DNA of 64,000 nucleotides from Antedon mediterranea. Taxonomy: Eukaryota > Animalia > Echinodermata. Numbering within the stretch: position 1 is the first letter of the stretch; each line of letters starts with the position of its first letter. The stretch lies in the NCBI RefSeq assembly GCF_964355755.1, contig NC_092680.1, positions 15,199,045-15,263,044 of the forward strand, written 5' to 3'. The notes beneath the pieces are model-generated. The model was not told the origin of the DNA and searched no databases. It was given only the letters and a program-made list of their open reading frames with translations. Of this stretch, positions 60,712-64,000 are shown piece after piece. A program made the position numbers and the translations under genes.

Positions 60712-63390
60712 ATGCAAAGGGCTAAAGTAAAAAATGAGGTATTTTTATACTTTTATTATCCGTTTAATAATTAACAACAACGATACGAAATTGTTGTCTA
60801 CTGTACTAGCCATTATGCCTAGGCCTAGCCTAGCTAGGCTAGGCTTAGTTAGGCTAGTTTAGGCTAGTACAGTCAGGGGCCAGCTAGGGGACTACTACTG
60901 TACTAACCTAGGCCTAGTACGCCTCCTAGGGGCTAGCTAGAGTAGGGCTAGGCCTAGGCATTTTTAAACTATTAGGCCTACCTACTCTGCTAGGGCTAGT
61001 ATAGTAGGCTACCACGGCTATATTTACTTTACCACTTACGGTTTAAAGGGCGGTTTGTAGTAGTAGTAGGCTGAGCCTTTTAAACCCTTTATCATGCCAA
61101 CGTTTATCATCAAGTCGTTTTTGAAAATTAATAATTCCTAATACTATTTTATTAACTTTCAAAAACGACTTTTAGTTGATGCGCTGACCACACTAGTTGG
61201 AAGAGCTTTCCAATAATTGATTGTTCTTTGATAAAAAAAGTCTATAAGCGGCATATACTTGATTTTGTTATTTCATATAGGCCTAGTAGTACCAAACGTC
61301 TTGCTCGCATTGTGCGGGGATGGTCCCGCATTTCAAAATGATTTTTCGTACACAAAAAAAAGTACTTTTACATGTGACCTACAATTGTCCAATCAAATGA
61401 AAGGATTTTATTTAGGTGTTATATAATCACGATTACAAAAAAAAGATAAAATTAAACTTAATCGAATAGGAAATAGAGCAATTAGACTAGTAGGAGAGCA
61501 CTTACCTGATGTTGAATCCTTGTATAAAGAAAATGTGTTAAAAAAAGTAAAAAGTATCATTGATGATGAAACACATCCTCTTCACAAACAATTTGCTCTC
61601 ATGAATTCTGGCATAAGACTACGTGCACTTAATACCAAAACAAAACGGTTTAGGTGCTCGTTTGTACCTAATGCTATACACTTATATAACTCGAGAGTAC
61701 AAAGGTAAAATGTAACCGATAATTTTTATCTAATTTTAAATTTTTAGCCTCTTAACTTTTTGTGTGTGTTTTTGTGAATTGTATTTTATATTTTTGTATT
61801 TTGCCAGTTTTCAAATCACATTTCTGTTTTTTAAATGGACAATAAAGTATATATGACTATGACTATGACTATGAATTACTAAATGTCAAATTATACGGTG
61901 GACTCACACAATACAGTTGTTGTGTGTGTGCGTTTATACAGTAAAATGGGAAACCCTGGGGTGCACTGAATTTCCTTGCGTCAGTTCCAAAACAAGAATC
62001 AGCATGAAAATAATGTTGGATGATAATAACAGATTAACAAATAAAAGACTAAAAATACAATTATATTTCATAGTTTACCGTACTAGAATACCTTATTATC
62101 GGGGACTTCCCCGTTCACATTAAACGATCGTTTTGCTAATTCCTAGCGCACATAGGAGTGTCATTTCTGGCAAACACTAGAGGTGTCATTTATCATGACT
62201 TTTACGTGAGAGAGTACCATTTCCAGTGCCGGTGAACAAAATTTGCCTCGCCACAGGCCCACCCACAAATACTTTGTGTCCGAACCTTATTATTACTTAT
62301 TTATATCTAAACTAAACACACAGTACTATACTTAAAGCCCCATTCCCTACGTTTTTTAGATCTAATTTAAGATCACAAACTATATTTAATGTAAAAATAA
62401 TACTATATGGTCCTATTGCGATAACTTTTTTCGTCTTTAAACGGTTAAAAATGTGAAAAATAAATCGATTCTAATAATTATAGCGGCCCGCTATAAATCC
62501 CAAAATGCATTGCGCGCGGATTGATATTTTTGTTTTTCACCTGTAATTCGCCCACTTTTCGATCGATCGTGAAGCCAAAACAAATGGAAGACTCCTAACT
62601 TTTCAGCGAAAATACCGGGTTTTCCCAAATTTGTATCAACAGAGTCTGGCAAAAATAGAAAGACAATTAATGCAGCAACTACAACGTCAGGCTAGGTATA
62701 TAGCTAGCGTACGATGTTCGTACGTTATCGATGTTTACCAGCTGGGCCTACAAAACGAAGCCTAACTAGGCTAGGCCTAAGACCGTCCACGAGAGGTCGA
62801 TCGCCGCGAGCTACTTAGGTAGTGCATTGTTTCTCACTTTTTATCATAATTTACCATAAAACGTACATTTAAGACAAGGTTTAATGTTTTTAAAGTGATA
62901 TATATGTATTATTTTCCAAAAAACGTCCAAAATTGCAGGGAAGGGGTCTTTAATATGCACACAGTATATACTGTAGATAAACATCAAACAGTGTAACATT
63001 AGTACGCCCCAAACAAATTAAATGTATAACCTAGTATAGTATTAATTAAAAGTATTCATTTTTAATAAAATTCATATACAGTAGGATAACTTAAATTATA
63101 ATAACAATTATTAATAATAACATACATTATGCTTTCTTATTAATTTCATCTTTTAGATTGTTCTAATGAGAAAACTTGTGAAGAGGGTAAAAGTGCAGGT
63201 AATCAGACAGATGTCTCGTCAGGTCAAACAATTGCGAGGAAAGAAGGGTACAGAACAACAAATAGGGAAAAATTTGCGACGTGTAGAACGACTTCTTGAG
63301 GAACTTGAGTGTATAAAAGATTTAGTTGCAGATGATATCTCACGGCAAGCATTCTTTGGCAAGCTATCCTTTGATATTCAATCTCAGGAG
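60712..63390 (+). CDS. SRFBP1: Serum response factor-binding protein 1-like (Bud22-related), first two coding exons; gene continues past the window
   Basis: Exon 60712-60738 is MQRAKVKNE|gtattt. Exon 63157-63390 is IVLMRKLVKRVKVQVIRQMSRQVKQLRGKKGTEQQIGKNLRRVERLLEELECIK. This resembles, from memory, the vertebrate SRFBP1 N-terminus [22 protein letters not shown]...KKGTE...KNQRRAQRLLEEI. Exon 1 is less certain than exon 2. Confidence 0.8.
61437..61875 (+). mobile_element. 3' fragment of a CR1-group (Rex1/Babar- or L2/Crack-like) LINE
   Basis: C-terminal motif IIDDETHPLHKQFALMNSGIRLR...TKRFRCSFVPNAIHLYN*, then AATAAA and an (ATGACT)n tail at ~61853-61874. Confidence 0.75.
62336..62949 (+). mobile_element. 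Second near-identical copy of the 626-bp TTAA element (614 bp)
   Basis: Same termini and TTAA flanks, with small internal deletions relative to 56016-56641. Confidence 0.8.
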
Positions 63391-63499
63391 GTAATTAATG
63401 AATAGTGTTGTGACATAGATCTTACTGTCCTATCACAGTAAACTAATATTGTTGTTTATATAACACCTAAATACATTTTAAATTGTACGATTGTGGGTC

Positions 63500-63720
63500 A
63501 CATGGGGTTGAAATTGTCGTCTTGAAAGATGTACTAGGTTCCTTAAAGTGCACACGAGCTAGATGTGTACACTGGACCTACGGTTTATAGTCCTTATCCG
63601 AGAAGACTCGTTCTACCACCAGAACCATGGAGTGAGTGAGCCTCGAACCCCTGCCGATATTACTGTATGGCTACGTAATTACGGTTACATTGTCTTAACC
63701 GCTCGGCCACTCACTCACTT
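63500..63720 (-). mobile_element. 3'-truncated copy of the same tRNA-derived SINE
   Basis: Reverse complement matches 37103-37310. Confidence 0.78.
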
Positions 63721-64000
63721 ACAATAGTACTATTAGATTTAGATGTTATAAAAGGATTAATGTTTTTATATTAGTGCGATAGTACAATACAAATAATTTC
63801 ATTCATAAATATATTTGTACCATCGCACTTATTATAAACATTCATTATTTGTACACTTTATTTATACTTTATCATGTTACAATTTTCACCTTCCTTCTTT
63901 TACTTTCAAACAAATACATAAATGGTGAAATTAGGCTAACTATTTATATTCTTAGCTAATCAAGTCTTTAAAACAACACATCAAAAGTTATTCAAGATTG

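Overview
AT-rich, intron-rich animal (probably marine invertebrate) genomic DNA, not prokaryotic. (1) 1-15770 is a head-to-tail array of roughly 105 initiator tRNA-Met(CAT) genes on the minus strand. The unit is ~147-165 bp, with higher-order repeats and recurrent variants, including anticodon-shifted AAT and CAA copies. (2) The array ends abruptly at the poly(A) tail of a 5'-truncated, decayed L1/Tx1-type non-LTR retrotransposon (~15769-18520, minus), inserted ~20 bp upstream of the last tRNA. (3) A 5-exon cyclophilin B gene (PPIB, 18671-28389, +) follows. Its first intron holds an apparently intact 6.1-kb Merlin (IS1595-like) DNA transposon with an 8-bp TSD, ~800-bp TIRs and a 4-exon ~298-aa transposase, whose first intron is a 105-bp tandem array. 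(4) A 22-coding-exon p120 RasGAP gene (RASA1, 35579-60484, minus, ~945 aa) lies head-to-head with the first two exons of an SRFBP1-like gene (60712-63390, +). Introns carry several MITE families, tRNA-derived SINEs, minisatellites and three tiny CATGGAG...CTCCATG hairpins with 7-bp TSDs that look like P-element excision footprints. All coordinates were read by eye, and copy numbers are estimates.
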